Source of the DNA: Eremomyces bilateralis CBS 781.70
Taxonomy: Eukaryota
Strand: one strand, 5' to 3'
Assembly (NCBI GenBank): GCA_010015585.1
Contig: ML975165.1
DNA length: 64,000 bases
The notes below the pieces were generated by a model. The model saw only the letters and a list, made by a program, of their open reading frames with translations. It did no database searches and was not told the origin of the DNA. The position numbers and the translations under genes are program-made. Shown here piece after piece: positions 38,049 through 51,773 of the stretch (positions are counted from its first letter, which is position 1; each line of letters starts with the position of its first letter).

Positions 38049-40299
38049 ATGAGCAATGGGTTGATGCGGGTGTTTTGGCCTTCGGATGCACCCTCCGGGG
38101 TGAACCCGGGGGTATTGGTCGGATTTCGCAATTCGGAACTGGACTGTATTGTGGTAGCAATTCTGCAGGACGTTGAGGTACAAACTCCATCATTGGAAAG
38201 GTGCTAGATTGCTAAGATATTGCAGATCAAGAGCGTGGACATCGCCTTGAAGCTCGGCATCTTGTTCCGTAATAGCGAGTTTCCCATCGACCAGCTGTTT
38301 GAGCGTTGCGGAGGATCTCCTTTGCAGGTTTTGGGAGTCCTGAATACAACCAAGGAAACGTATGCTTTCGATCCGCACACTATAGTCGCCAATACCGCAG
38401 CCAAGTCTCATTTTCCAGCAATTACCTGTCCGGGGCTGTCGAACTTCACGCTCCAGGTGATCGTATTCGACCGTCCACATCCCAGGCGCATGCAGTATCT
38501 TTCGTTGTCGCCAATATCCTTGGAACTTGGTGATGACAATGAGAAAGCGAGCAGCGAACCAGCACTATTCGATCCAATCAACGCAAAAGAGGAGGCTGAG
38601 TGGGAACGGAAGGCAACGCTAGTGGAGAAATTGAAGCTCCATACCATCATCTCTCACCCGAGCACGCAGCAGGAAAAGTCTTTGCCAACGATCGTTGAGC
38701 AGATCAACTGCTCATATGAGATTTCGGCTTTGCTGCAGGGAAATATCCACCTAGTTGGAAGGACTCGAAGCAAACGCTCCTTGAGTGTCGGCGAGAGGGT
38801 TGTTGAGTCAGCGACAAATCTTTGGGACTCGATTCTACAGGTTCTCTACAACGTCTTCACAGCATACATTGTTCCTATCTGTCTCCGCCTCCTGGTTCTG
38901 GTGTTTATGGGCCATCGGATTGCAGGCGAGGTTACTCTCCTACTACTGGAGTGGAGACCGCTTGCGAATTCCCTTGCTCTCAAAGATGTTTCAGCCACGG
39001 CCCAGCAGGTCGATATTCGATTGCAGCAGTTCTGCTATTGGCCCGACCAATACATGACGCTTCAAGCCCGAAAGCAGAGCTGGAAGAGCATCACGACGAG
39101 CCATCCGGAATACATTCGGTTCTATAACAGCCTTTGGCTGGTTGCCAATGATGTGATCATCGGCATGGCCCTCGGAAGTTACATTATCGAAAACGCAGAT
39201 TTTGTTGCGGCTCAGCTTGATTATGTCCTGATGACATGGACAATCACCGGGCTCCAGGGCATGATTGTATGGCTGATGGGATGGCCTGCTGGGTTGAAGC
39301 TTAACACGGAGCTTGCTACTTTCCTTGGAGATCTCTTCCTCTGGGTAATCGACTACTGGGCCGGCTATATGTCTCTCCTGCGGCCATATCTCCCGAACAT
39401 CATCTCCTTCATCGGCTTGTCTTCATTCGCAGGCGCGACCATGCCCATAAGTCTCTTCTCCGATCTCCTATCTATCCTCACTCTCCACATCTACTGTTTT
39501 TACGTCGCCAGCGCCAAGATCTACAACTGGCAGCTCACCATCTTATCCTCCCTCTTCCACCTCTTCCGCGGCAAGAAAAATAACGTCCTCCGCAATCGGA
39601 TCGACTCCTGCGATTACGATCTGGACCAGCTTCTCCTCGGAACTATATTGTTCGCGATTCTTGCATTTTTGCTTCCGACCGTCATGGTCTACTACGCAAC
39701 GTTTGCAGGGGCAAGGATGGGCATCATATCACTAAAAGCGCTCCTTGAAATGGGCCTTGCTTGCCTTAACCACTTCCCTCTCTTCGCGCTCATGTTGCGG
39801 ATCAAGGACTCGCAGCGCCTTCCAGGTATGTCTAATCCTATTTATCCCGTGAGCTTTACTCTTGGCTAACGTTTCACCAGGCGGAATCCGCTTCCGTAAC
39901 CTCCCAAATCCACGAACTGAACCTACCGCTCACATTTATCTAAACCCCGTCCCTCTGCCCATCCACCTATGTTTCCATTCCTACCTTTACCTCTATTCCC
40001 GATTACGAGCGCACTACGCTTCGTTCTCGGTGTTTTTCTGTCTATTAACTGGTCAATTCGTCCCTCCAATCGCCCGGAAAGATTTGTATGGCCTGCAGTA
40101 TGGCATGCTTCCCAAGATTCGGGTTAGCGTAGGCGATCTGTGGAGGAGGTTCCGGTTCGATGAGTTGGGGAAGGGCAAAGGTAGCGGACTGGGTTCGAAG
40201 GTGACTCCTCGCGGCTTAAGGCCCCCAACACCGCGCGAGGGGATCGCTGGGTCTAATGGTTCGGTCAGGACGAACGGGATACCCAGAAGGTCTCATTGA
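38049..40299 (+). CDS. GPI1: GPI-GlcNAc transferase subunit Gpi1 (PIG-Q)
   Basis: MRVFWP, GWPAGLKLNTELATFLG, LFRGKKNNVLRNRIDSCDYDLDQLLLGT; introns about 38178-38225 and 39826-39880. Confidence 0.93.
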
Positions 40300-41310
40300 G
40301 TGTATACGTACTCTATGAATGAATGTAGAGCTGTGATTTTCCATGTCATACCTTGGGACGCTCTATGCCACGTCTCAATGATGTAATTGGATCGATATTT
40401 TCCAAGTGATAGGTATTTACAAAATATTTCTCTATCCCGTTGCTTAATAGAGATGCTAGACAGCTCTATTCCGACATCGGCGTTCACAATATTGTTGATG
40501 ATATCTGCTGCTGGTTCTTGTCGTCCAAAGGACGACCCACAGTTGATTTATCCATCGCATCTCCAGGATCTCTTCCATCTCCATTTCACGGCAATCTGAA
40601 CCTTTGCCAGCCAGCGACTCCTTGTCCTCGACAATTGGATTCCAATGATCTTCAAGCTACTGATTCGTCATAATGATAGCTTCCATGTAAATCCTGCTAA
40701 CCGGTTGAAATTGCCGGCAGTACCCTAACAAGCATTATTGATTGGAGAGAAGCTCCGCGCTTTGTGTCCCGAAGCAGAGGGCAGCATTGATTTTTATTGT
40801 TTCCGAACTTCTCGCCATTCCTCTTCAAGCCGCATATGAAATTCATCTACTTTTTGTCTAAGTTCTCAATGCGCTCGCATCAGTCTGCCCAAAGTCCCCA
40901 ATCGGGTGCAGCGGGCCATTATTCCTACCGAGGACTATTTCCCTCCAGGTTGCAAAAGGGATCGCCATGGTAGGTATTATGTGTGATGTGTCCAGTTTAG
41001 CCTTTATGTGCCCCAGAGTCTGGCTCTGTTCGAGACTTCGTACTTCGTAGCCGAAATCCCCAGGATTTAGAGCTTGTATTCTCCAAGTTGGAGGTTAAGG
41101 AGGGACCGGGATTCCCCATGCTCTTGAGTCAAGCATTGTAGGTATCGCGGTCTTTCCCCACAGGTGTAATACATAAGACAGCAGAAGGAACAGAAAATCG
41201 GCAGATGAGATCCCTGGACATCGGTGGTCCATATCTGGTCTAATGTCCACCTTTGGAATCATCGCGATGGCTGGAGTAGTCTTTAACATTACGCACACGA
41301 AGTCGACGCA

Positions 41311-43083
41311 ATGGGAGACGTTGAGAAGCCGGCCGATATCACGCAGGTTGTGTCTAAGGAGACAGTCTCTTCCGGGGAGCAACCGTTCATTGATCCAGCC
41401 GCAGAGAGGAGATTACTATGGAAGCTCGACTATCGGATAGTTCCCATCCTCTGGCTGCTCTTCTTGTTGGCATTCCTTGATAGGTCGAACATCGGTATGT
41501 GTCGTCCCCGAGAGTTTCAACCATCACTAATGGGCTTGGATAGGGAATGCGAAGATCCAAGGGCTTACCAAGGACTTGAATATGAAAGGAAATGACTATA
41601 ACATTGCTCTGTTCATCTTCTTTCCTCCGTATATCATCTTCGAAGGTCGATCAACTTGCTTCCCCCCAGAGGATGTAGCTTACAGCCTCTAGTGCCGGCC
41701 AATCTTGTGCTCCGCAAAATGGCACCCTCGACATGGCTCAGCGCGATCATGGTCGGATGGGGTGGGTTATCATTGCTTGACTTACGATTGGCTTGTAGCT
41801 GACGCCTTTTTAGGTATTTGCACGGTGGGACAAGGACTCGTCAACAACCTTGCCGGGCTTGCTAGCTTGCGCTTTTTGATCGGCATTTTCGAAGCTGGTC
41901 TCTTTCCAGGTATGGCTGGAATCTTCAAGCACGGCCTGAAAGATATTAACAATTGACAGGTTGTATATACCTGATATCGATGTATTATAAACGATACGAG
42001 ACCCAGTGGCGCTTTTCAGTCTTCTTCAGTGCTGGTATAATTGCGCCCGCGTTTGGTGGTGTAAGGCCTGCCGTTTCAGTGAATTCAGAACTCATTGTTA
42101 ACTAACTAACTACCGATTAGTTATTCGCATACGCTATTGCCAAAATGGAGGGATTGGGTGGCTACAGTGGCTGGCGATGGGTACCACTCCCGAACCATCG
42201 CAACCAACGTGGACGCTAACATCCCTTATAGATATTCATTATAGAAGGCCTGATCACGATTATCATTGGCGTCGCTTCCAAATGGCTCATCGTTGACTGG
42301 CCCGAGAAGGCGACGTTCCTCACCGAGGAGGAGCGCCGGATCCTGCTCGCGCGAATCCAAGCCGACACTGGCGACGCCAGAATGGACCGCCTCGACCGTC
42401 GTTCCGCCAAGCGCATCTTCACCGACTGGAAGATCTATTGCGGGATCCTCATGTACATCACCGTCGTCAACACGAGCTACTCCACCGCCTTCTTCACACC
42501 GTCCATCATCAAGGACATGGGATACACGTCCTCGGCGGCTCAAATTCGATCCATCCCTCCGTGGATCGTGGCGTTCGTCGTGTCGTTGGGCACCGCGCTG
42601 GTCACTGACCGACTCCGCCATCGATATTCATTCACGATCTTTGGCCTCATGCTTTGCATTATCGGCTACGGCATCCTGCTTGTCCCTTACGGCTCCACTT
42701 CTGTCGGTGTTAAATACACGGCGCTGTTCTTCGTCATTACCGGCTGCATGACCGCTCAGCCTATCATTGTCGCATGGCTTTCCAATTGTGCGTCGGGGCA
42801 TTATAAGAGGGCAGTCACAAGCGCGGCGGTGGTGGGCTTCGGCAACTGTGGTGGTCTCATTGCGAGCAATGTGTTCTTTGAAAAAGAAGCGCCGGCATAT
42901 CGGACGGGATATAGGGTTAATACGACTCTCATATGTCTGTGTCTGGTGTTCTGCACGGCCATGTTCATTGGCGTCCGGTGGGAGAACAGGAAGCGGGATC
43001 GGGGGGAGAGAGACTATCGGTTGCAGAAAGAGGACGCAGACAACCTTGGAGACGACCATCCTAGCTGGCGGCTCTCGCATTAA
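41311..43083 (+). CDS. MFS transporter, anion:cation symporter (Tna1/Dal5-like), about 7 exons
   Basis: ERRLLWKLDYRIVP, AFLDRSNIGNAK, EAGLFPG, GWRWIFIIEG, WENRKRD, LGDDHPSW. Confidence 0.9.
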
Positions 43084-43249
43084 GCACCTTCGACCCCAAA
43101 GGCATCAATGGTCACTGAAGTTGGGTGGATTAGCAACGTTATATCGCTTGTGTATATAGCTCGAGTTTCTCACAGCGACAAATCAACCACAAGGAGCTTT
43201 TATAATGCTTAAGAGTATCAGTCTATAATCCATGCCCATCAGTCCGCAG

Positions 43250-43915
43250 TTATAATATAGCAGCGGGCAACAATCCCGCCAACACCAACAAGCCCGACAA
43301 CACGCCCGCTCTGCTTGCTCCACCCGTCTGCTGCGGCGATGCTGCGCTTCCCAACCCAGTCTGCGAAGGTGCCGTCGGCTTCGGAGAGCTCCCCGTGGCG
43401 GCTCCCGACGTGCTCGCCGCCGGACCACTTTCCGTCGCCCCCGTCGCGCTCGCCAGCTTCTCCAACCCCTCCGTGATGGTGACCGGCAGGAAGGTAACCT
43501 CCGACGGCTTCATCAAGGTCTCCATCGACCCGGCGTCCGACTCCGAATAGTCGCTGAGAAGGGAAGTCTCGGCGCCAAGTTCGCTGGCGATGCCCACGGT
43601 GCCGGTGCACGTCGCGCCGGTCACAGTGTCCGCGACGCATTGCCACGAGCCGGTCATTGAATCCTCCGCGTATGACACGCTCATAGCGTAGGTGGAGCCG
43701 ATGTGGGTGAAGGTGGCGGTGCCGGGGATGCCGCAGTCGTCGTCGTTGACCTCGGCGTCGCACGCGATGGCGTAGGTGGTGGCGGTGGAGTCGGCGGCGA
43801 CGACGGAGGCGGCGAGGGGTTGAGAGTCGGCGTTGACGAGGAAGAGGGAGACAATGGAGGAGGATTGGGCGAGGGCGGAGGCGCCGAAGAGGAGGATGTG
43901 GAAGATACGGGCCAT
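43250..43915 (-). CDS. Secreted, probably GPI-anchored Ser/Thr-rich cell wall protein
   Basis: N-terminal signal peptide, four Cys, S/T-rich linker, hydrophobic C-terminal GPI-like signal. Confidence 0.8.
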   Translation of the reverse strand: MARIFHILLFGASALAQSSSIVSLFLVNADSQPLAASVVAADSTATTYAIACDAEVNDDDCGIPGTATFTHIGSTYAMSVSYAEDSMTGSWQCVADTVTGATCTGTVGIASELGAETSLLSDYSESDAGSMETLMKPSEVTFLPVTITEGLEKLASATGATESGPAASTSGAATGSSPKPTAPSQTGLGSAASPQQTGGASRAGVLSGLLVLAGLLPAAIL

Positions 43916-45011
43916 TGTTGGTTGAGGTGCTTGTGGTAGATATACAGGCGTTGGTGAAGTTGGACCTGACTTGGACGCGAGTGGGGGAATTTATTCAGGA
44001 TTGACTTGACTTTTGTGTACAGCGGCTCCCATGCTCTTTAATTTAAAGGCCGTCTTCCATCTCGTCATGGCCTGTTTCGTGCTTAGCGTTATCATGACAG
44101 AAAAGTATGGAGGCGGAAGCCCAGAATATAGGGTTTGGTTGAGGAAAGGGGGCGGTTTTAACAAGTATGAGCTCTAATTAACCGCAAAAGGCCTACATAG
44201 TAAAGTAACAACAGCCAATGGCAGTCTGTGCTATGCCACTCCTTAAACTGCTAATGGTCCGACCGCCAGGGCTAGATTCTTTCGACCGGAGTTAAAACTA
44301 ATTCCGGATTCTCAGGATGGGCTAGTGTTGGCACTTAGCAGCGACGGATTTTTGGACAACATCACGGATCCATTGCAAACTTACAACCGGGGGCACGCGA
44401 GACCGACTCGAACTCAAAAGTCAAAACAGAGCCGGGACGATATTGAATATGGAATATCTACCGCTTCCGCCTCTTAATCTAATGAGTGGGAAGGAAGGGT
44501 ATTCAATTTCGTTCTCCCCGAAGAGGACCTTTGATAGTTGATTCCTTGACCCTCCACAGATCTGAATAATAAACCATAACGGAGTACGGAATAGTATTGG
44601 GAGGTTTTGAGGTTGAACGACATGGAGAAACGAGAAACCGACAATGATTCTGCCGTAGAAAATAACCATTGTGGGTACGGAGTACCGCTGTCTAGATACC
44701 ACCACCATCTGCTCCTCCTCCTATCATATCAAGTCGCCTTCTCTCCATTTTCCAGCCAACCTGAAACCCAAAGGACCCAGACCAGACATCACCACGATCC
44801 GCCGTCATCGAGACCTCGACGCAACCCAGCCGATCGGGGTTCACAAAAAACCGCCCATAAAAAACGCCGTAAACGCATGCTCGATCCAATCCCGAGTGAA
44901 CAATATCGTAGCACGTCCACCACCAACGCACGAAACCAGGGAATTAATATGTGCCGTGTGCCTCATTCCTCATCCCTCCCGCCCCATCCCTTTCGCGTCT
45001 CGCTCCCTCGC

Positions 45012-46570
45012 TCATGAATAAAACTGCCCCTTCTGAAAGCTCTCCACCCCAATATCCCCCATCTTCCCCGCCGGCACCGGCCCCGCCGCCGTCTCCTCCG
45101 CCCCCTTCCCCGTCATCATCGCCGCCATCTCCCCTTCGCTCCCCGTCATCGTCTGCAGCCGACTCCCCGCGGGACTCCCCGGCCCCATTGTCAACTCCCT
45201 CGGCTTCTCTCGCCGCTGAATCGCCTCCAGGTACGGCGCCGGCAGATACCCCATGCGGCCGTCCCGCGCCCGGCACCGCCACCACTCGCTCGCCTGGCCC
45301 AGCGGATCCGTCTTGCTCAGCACGGCGACGAGGTCGTTCTTCCGGACTGCGAGGTCCACCCCCGCGACGCTCTGCGCGTTCGCCTCGGGTGTGAAGTCGT
45401 ACAGCACGCGGCAGAACTCGAGCTTGCTGGGGTCGAGCACGGGGACGCCCTGCTCGTTCACGACCATGGCGCCGTCGACGCCGCCGGCGGCCTCGAGGCG
45501 GCGGCGCTCGGCTTCCTCGTGGCCGCGCGCGAGGGCGCGGATGAGCTTGCCGATGAGGTAGGGGAGGCCGAAGGCGGCGAGGGCGAAGAAGATGAGGGGT
45601 TTTTTGGAGGGTTTGGAAGGGGCGGGGGAGCCATCGGGGAGGGTTGCGGCGCCGGAGAAGGCGGCAAAGGAGGCGGGGGTGAGGTCGGAGGGGGAGGCGG
45701 GGGGAGGGCGGCCGGTGAGGCGGGCGAAGAGGGTGCGGATCCAGCGCATGACGGTGAAGATTCCGAGGACGGAGCCAAGGGTTTGGCGGAGGTTGCCGAA
45801 CTGTTCGGCGACGGAGACCATAGCTAGCAGGTATTAGAAGATTGCGAAGAGGTGAAGAGGACAGAATACTTACCAAAGAAACTCGAATGCGTCGCCATGT
45901 ACGTGCTCTCCAACATCTGCGCGAAACCCCCGAACGCCCCCACAATACTCTCAATCAACTGAAACGTCGCCTGCGTGCTCTGCGAGAAGCTCTGCGTCAG
46001 CGACGGATTATTCGGATCCATCTGCCCGTTCATCCCGTTCATGCCGTACATGCCCCCCATCCCCCCCATGCCCCCCATGCCGCCCATCCCGCCGTACATG
46101 CCGCCCCCCATGCCGCCGTAGCCACCGCCGTAGCCGCCGCCGTATCCGCCCATACCACCGCCGTACATGCTCGTGCCGAGGCGGTTGTAGGGGGAGGAGT
46201 AGGAGCTCATGCCGCCGTAGCCGCCGGCGCCGTAGGGGGAGGAGTTATAGGGGGAGCGGTTGATGCCGGAGTAGTTGGAAGCGGTTTGGTTGACGACGGA
46301 GGAGAGGGTGGAGGGGCGGGCGGGAAGAGCGGGAGTGGATGCGGAGGTGGGCGTCGCGGCTGTTGTTGTTGAGGGTGTTGCAGTTGTTGTGGGCATTGCT
46401 GTATGTGCGTTAGTATTGTTTTCATTGTTGATGACCCATCGTTTCAATGGAAAACGATGACTGTAAGGCACATCGTCTCCGCATCACCCATCAAATAAAG
46501 AAATAAACTACCTACCCGTCGAAACTCCTCCTGCGCCCGCGCGTTCCCACGGTTTTGGTGGCGACGCCAT
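45012..46570 (-). CDS. PEX13: Peroxin Pex13
   Basis: MASPPKPWE start, YG/GM-rich region, TFQLIESIVGAFGGFAQMLESTYMATHSSFF, SH3 domain (LYDF...WW...GYLPAPYL). Confidence 0.95.
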
Positions 46571-47938
46571 CTTCTCGATCCCGTCCTCGAACCAAGTTTC
46601 GTCACTGTCCAACCCTTGGCCGAAAAACGCGAACCGTCAAAAGTGTATCAACGACCGTCGTCGGATTAGGAATGCAGTCGAGATCTTGCGGGCAGGAACG
46701 CGATGTAAAAGTCTGGACTCTGGACGTAGACCACCAAGTGCTCGAAGGCGGGGAAATCCGACGCTCGTGATCGTGCTGCAGGAATCCCGTGGGCCGGTCG
46801 GTACGAGGGATCTGAGGCCGTCGAGTGGCGAAGTGCGTGCGGTTCACTGGTGTCAGTCGGTCGGTTCAGCCACCTCACGAACAGCGCAGTTTGAGAAAGT
46901 TGAGGGAAGTGAGTGGTAAAGGAGAGAAACAGAAGAATCGAACGGTGGATGAATTCTTTCGGATGTGAAGGAGGGCGACGGGCCGAGCGTTGATGAGTCG
47001 TGGAGGCAGAAATCTTTGGGTGTCACATTGGCATCTGGGACGCTTGAGCAGGCAGTTGAGCGCGGTTCGGCCGATGGAGCGGCTGGTCGGGATCGCTCTG
47101 GGGACTGGTGCGGGCGTGTGAAGGCGGTTCAACCCCGGCTTACCTCGGCATGAGAGTGGAAGTGGGTTGGGATGGGGAGATGTGGTCTTCGGCGAAGGGG
47201 CGGAGAGGTAGGGGAGGAGGGCGTAGATGAAGTTTGATTGCTAATTCATTGTTCCATGGGTTGGAGATAGAGAATGTCATTGGGGGGGGATTTCTATACG
47301 TCGGTCGCAAATTGAATGGAGAGGAAAGAGATCAATTCACGATACAAAGGAACAGTCAGTGAATTGGAAAATAAGGCACCAATGGATTTGGGGGGTAGTG
47401 CCTGAGGCATTAACATGTGTCACAACCAACATTTGCTCGTGCTTGCTTGGTGGGAGAGGCAAATGACATCAGATATGGCGAACACCACAAGCACTTTCAA
47501 TACGATAAGCATCACATGGTTAATAAAAAGAAGGTGAAGCAGGTTAGAAATGTCACGTTCACATCACAGCACAATAATGCAAGCCAAAAAGAACTCATTT
47601 CAACTAACCACCACATCCTGCACCACTGCAAAACATTAGGATATGTACAGGAACATCATCGATCCATCCAATCCAGTCTCGGGAACATCCTCCTGCCAAA
47701 CCAGATCGACCTAGATGTCAAAAGAAGATCGAGAGCTCCACCCAAACGGCTTCCTGTCCCCATCTTCATAGATCAAATAGATGGTATCAAGATCAGAATG
47801 GAAGTGCAACCGTTTCGTATCCCTCCCCTTTCGTCCTCAAGGCCGGATATTCACAGAGGCCAAGAAGGGGAGGGGGAGGGGACAACACACTACGCTGAAG
47901 AACAATCGATTGGAAAACACCTTCACCGTTCATCCTGC

Positions 47939-49258
47939 TCAGGTGAACAGGTTGAAGACGGACGTCTCGTCAGACTCTTCGCAGTACTTGCCGACTTCGG
48001 AGCTGCTCAACGACCCGGGGTAGGAGAAGTCGCTGACCTCCTTGATGGTGATGTTGTCATCGTCGTAGACGACAACATAGGTCACGGCGCCAGAGGTCGG
48101 GCGCTCAAAGTAGTCTGAGTTGCCACCGCTCTTGAACCCATGGAGGGTGCTCTTGCAGCGGTTGTTGCCCGAGTCAAGGACCTCCGCAACGTCGAACTCA
48201 CCGCATTTGGGCCAGCATGAGCAGCCGTTGTATTGCGCGGTACGGGAGATCTTGGCGTTCAAGTGCCAGTAAGCGGGCATGTTCATGTTGAAGCCGGAGG
48301 AGCCGTCATCGGGCATGTCGAATTCCGCGACGAAAATCTTGCTGGCTCCACCCCAGCCGTGGTAAGCAACGGTGCCTTCTCGCACGAACCCGCAGTCGCC
48401 ATTGCATTCCTTGTCTGACATGAGGACGACCTCCTGGTTGGACTTGAGGGCCTTGGTCAAGGTCTGGGAATCGGACGAGCCGCCAGTGGCATCGGAGTTG
48501 GCATAGGATAGAGAGTTTCCGAAGACGGTGTCGAAGACGCCGGATCCTTGGCCTCCCATGTTGTTGAGGAAGGTAATTCCCTCAGATTGGCCATCATCCA
48601 TGTTGAAGTACGCAACACGCTCGAAATCACCCCCGCTGGAGGGAGTGTAAGGCTTCTTGACCTGCGGGACCTTGGAGAGGGTAGGGACCTTGGTGCCAGC
48701 CGGAGCGACGTTCGCATCGGCGGCTGGGGCGGCTGGAGCGGGGGTCGGGGCCGCAGCCGCTCCACCGTCGTACTCGTTGATCCAAGAGACGGCTTGACCG
48801 TCGATGGTTGCAACAACCACATCACCAACGGCGCGCTTCTCCGCCGCCTCCTCCGCCGCGGCGCGGGCGGCGTTGCGCTTATGGAAGCGCTGGTGTCCAC
48901 GGTGGTGGGCAGCGGCAGTATCAACCGCATCACGCTTGGTCTTGGCGCCACCGGGTAGGTAGACGGCGAAGTTCTTAAGCGTCAAGGGTCCACGGAAGAC
49001 GGCAGCCAGCTCCTCGTCGAAGGGGGCCAGAGGTCCGGAGAAAGCCTTGTCGTTCTTCTCGCAGTTGCCGGAACTATCCATGCCGACGACATCCGGGTAG
49101 GAGCCGCTGGTGCCAACGCCGGAGTACTTGATGCTCTTGACAGCCTGGCAGTAGAAGTTTCCAAGGATGTTCTCCGATCCTTTGTCGCAGAAGTCGGCGG
49201 AGACGGTGCTAACGGTCGCGACCGTCGCCACGAGGGCGGCAGCGAAGTGTGAACGCAT
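47939..49258 (-). CDS. TOS1: Tos1/Pga52-like secreted putative glycosidase
   Basis: Signal peptide, FSGPLAPFDEE, FRGPLTLKNFAVY, NMPAYWHLNAKISRTAQY, CGEFDVAEVL. Confidence 0.82.
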   Translation of the reverse strand: MRSHFAAALVATVATVSTVSADFCDKGSENILGNFYCQAVKSIKYSGVGTSGSYPDVVGMDSSGNCEKNDKAFSGPLAPFDEELAAVFRGPLTLKNFAVYLPGGAKTKRDAVDTAAAHHRGHQRFHKRNAARAAAEEAAEKRAVGDVVVATIDGQAVSWINEYDGGAAAAPTPAPAAPAADANVAPAGTKVPTLSKVPQVKKPYTPSSGGDFERVAYFNMDDGQSEGITFLNNMGGQGSGVFDTVFGNSLSYANSDATGGSSDSQTLTKALKSNQEVVLMSDKECNGDCGFVREGTVAYHGWGGASKIFVAEFDMPDDGSSGFNMNMPAYWHLNAKISRTAQYNGCSCWPKCGEFDVAEVLDSGNNRCKSTLHGFKSGGNSDYFERPTSGAVTYVVVYDDDNITIKEVSDFSYPGSLSSSEVGKYCEESDETSVFNLFT

Positions 49259-51773
49259 CGTGTGAGAGGTTCGAAACTGTTATAGCTTCGCTAGGTTTGA
49301 TGTCGAATGCTGGTGAGCGTAATGTGAGCCAACGGTCGACGCGGCGAAAAGGGGCACGAGCAAGACTCGAGGGATTCGTACTCGGTGCTCGAAGTCGATT
49401 CGGCTGCAGTTAGACTTCAGTCCTGAACAGTAGGTCGAAATACGTTCGTGGGTTGGATGTAAGGGAGATTCGGTGGATTGGAGTGGTGCTCAAGTGACAA
49501 TATGGGTTGTACAATGGGCAAAGTGGCGAAGGATTGAAGCGACTGTGCAGCGGTGAACTCGATCAGCGAGGGTAGCAAGCAATATATAGCGAATGGAATA
49601 AATGAGTGACTGGGCTGTAAAAGCTCGCAATGGGACTGGGCGAAAGACTCGAAGTTTTTTCACATTCGCTGGGAAGGAGATGAAGGCGAGGGAGATGATG
49701 GGATGATAATAGAAGAAAGAGGAAGAGAGAAGGCAAAGCGGGAGGGAAAGGAGTGGCAATGGGGAACGGCAGGCACGAACCAGCCTGGAGTGCTCTGAAC
49801 AAACCCCCCAGAATAACTAGGACGCCAGGAACAGGAGGAGCAAGCCAACAACAGGAAAAGCGACAGGCACAATTGCCCGAGAAGCACAGCATTCCTGCGC
49901 ATTCCTGCTGGGGCCCACGAATCCGTCAATCCGGCGGATCCACTTTGGCAGGAACAATCCACCCTGCAGGGTCTTCAGGCAAATCAGAAGCGTCTCTGGT
50001 TCCGGGTACCTGACGCTTGGCCCGATCAGCACTAGCCTCGAGCTTGGCCAATTTCCTGGGAGCCGCCCCCTCCTCGTTAGCTTCTCCACGGGCAGCCAAC
50101 CATCCAATCATTCCAATGGTCCTACCGTTCCCAGGGCGTTTCATCTGCCTCCCACCGCAGCGACCACCGCTTTTTCTTAGAACCAGAACCGGATTTGGCT
50201 CTCACAAATTGTTGGACAGACGGGATCATATTGTTCTCATTCCCGTGACCCCCGATATCCATTGTCTTTGCATCCTGTAGCGCTGTCCAGAACCCGGGAA
50301 TTAGGTGAATGTCGAATGACGTGGTTGAGCAGACAGGTCACAGCATCTGCGCGAAATCGTGATGCATTGTATCGTGGCTGACTCCAAATTATCCCAAGGC
50401 CTCTGGGCTCTGCCAGATAAGGTGAGCGTCCAACCCCAGATTATTGCGTGGTCATTTCGCCTCTCCCGTAGTCCGTCCAGTCCGTGGCGGCCAAGTGGAC
50501 CATGCCAGTTCATGCCATGTTGTCCTCCTCGCAACGCACGCTTGTTTCTGACTTCTGGCCATCTTTGGTACGGCTAAAACGGTCTGGGAAATTCCCTAAT
50601 AGCGCAAATGCGTGTTTGGATCATTCGTGGACGCATCAAGCATGGAGATTGGAGAGCCGAGAATTTGGCTCAGTCCCATGAAGTCGCTCTGGTGCACTTG
50701 AATCACGCTTCATCCATTGGCTCACCATCAGATACGTACCACCTTTGGGCACGCATAAATTGACCCTGATGGCAAACTTGTCATCCATATCGTGGGGTAA
50801 GAAGAATGGGTCAATTGGAATTATTTACTTCTTGTTCCCAACTTCGCGTCTGGACTGCCATACTGCCACATGTACTCAACCGAAGTCGAGCGAGCGCTGT
50901 TGTCTCGGTGAGATTAAGAGCGTGCTGATCGACAATTTGCAACGCCCAAGTTCCTCGATCCACCGTCGGTCGGTTGCAGGGTTTCAGACACCATCACCGA
51001 TTCGCTGGTCGGTCGCACGGTTCCAGAACTCACTTCTGCATCAGCACGATCTCCGGCCGGCTCCCCACAATGTCCAGCATCCGTCAATGAGATAAGCAGA
51101 CCTCATGCAAGAATCTGATTGCTAAAGTGCATTATTTGACGCGATAACGCTAATCCGCCATCATATTTCTAAATCATGAACGTCATGTTTACAACCTCGA
51201 GATATTAAACTCATCGCGCGTGTAAAATAAACTGACCACGGTCATTCGGCGATTATTACCTATCATTGTGAACATCCCCGACTTACTGGCGGTGGGTATG
51301 CAGATGAAATGCTGATCTGCGCATCTCCAAAAACTAGAAGGGAGCAGCCGAAACTATTGAGTATTGGCAAGCCATCAATGACCTGTTAAGTCAATGTGAT
51401 AACGGTATTGGATGGTAATAGGACACGATATTTCATACCCCAGGAGGATCGCCTTCCGTATGGAGTCACCTTCACTCTTGACTCTTCACTCACTCTTCAA
51501 GGACGACTGCAATCGACAGATGCAGGATTTTTGGATAAGGAGAACACGAGCTAGAGCGACTAGTTGCATAGCTGCGGGTCTCATATATTTGTATTTTGCA
51601 CTTTGAAGTGTCCTAGACTCCTAGTGTTGCTCGGGAAAGGGGCATTCTGCAGACCCAGGAGAGATATCGGTAGGCATCGCGCAAAAACGTTGTGCTCCTA
51701 GAGTAGGTATGCATATCATGGCATGCCAGAGAGAGATACATCCGCCAAACTTTTCTAAAGGTAATAGACGAGA

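Noticed and set aside
47417..48118. 233-aa + strand ORF
   Set aside because: Overlaps the TOS1-like 3' end and UTR in antisense; no protein-like features
49300..51770. Several short ORFs in the long region upstream of the TOS1-like gene
   Set aside because: No motifs or convincing splice structure; likely 5' UTR and promoter
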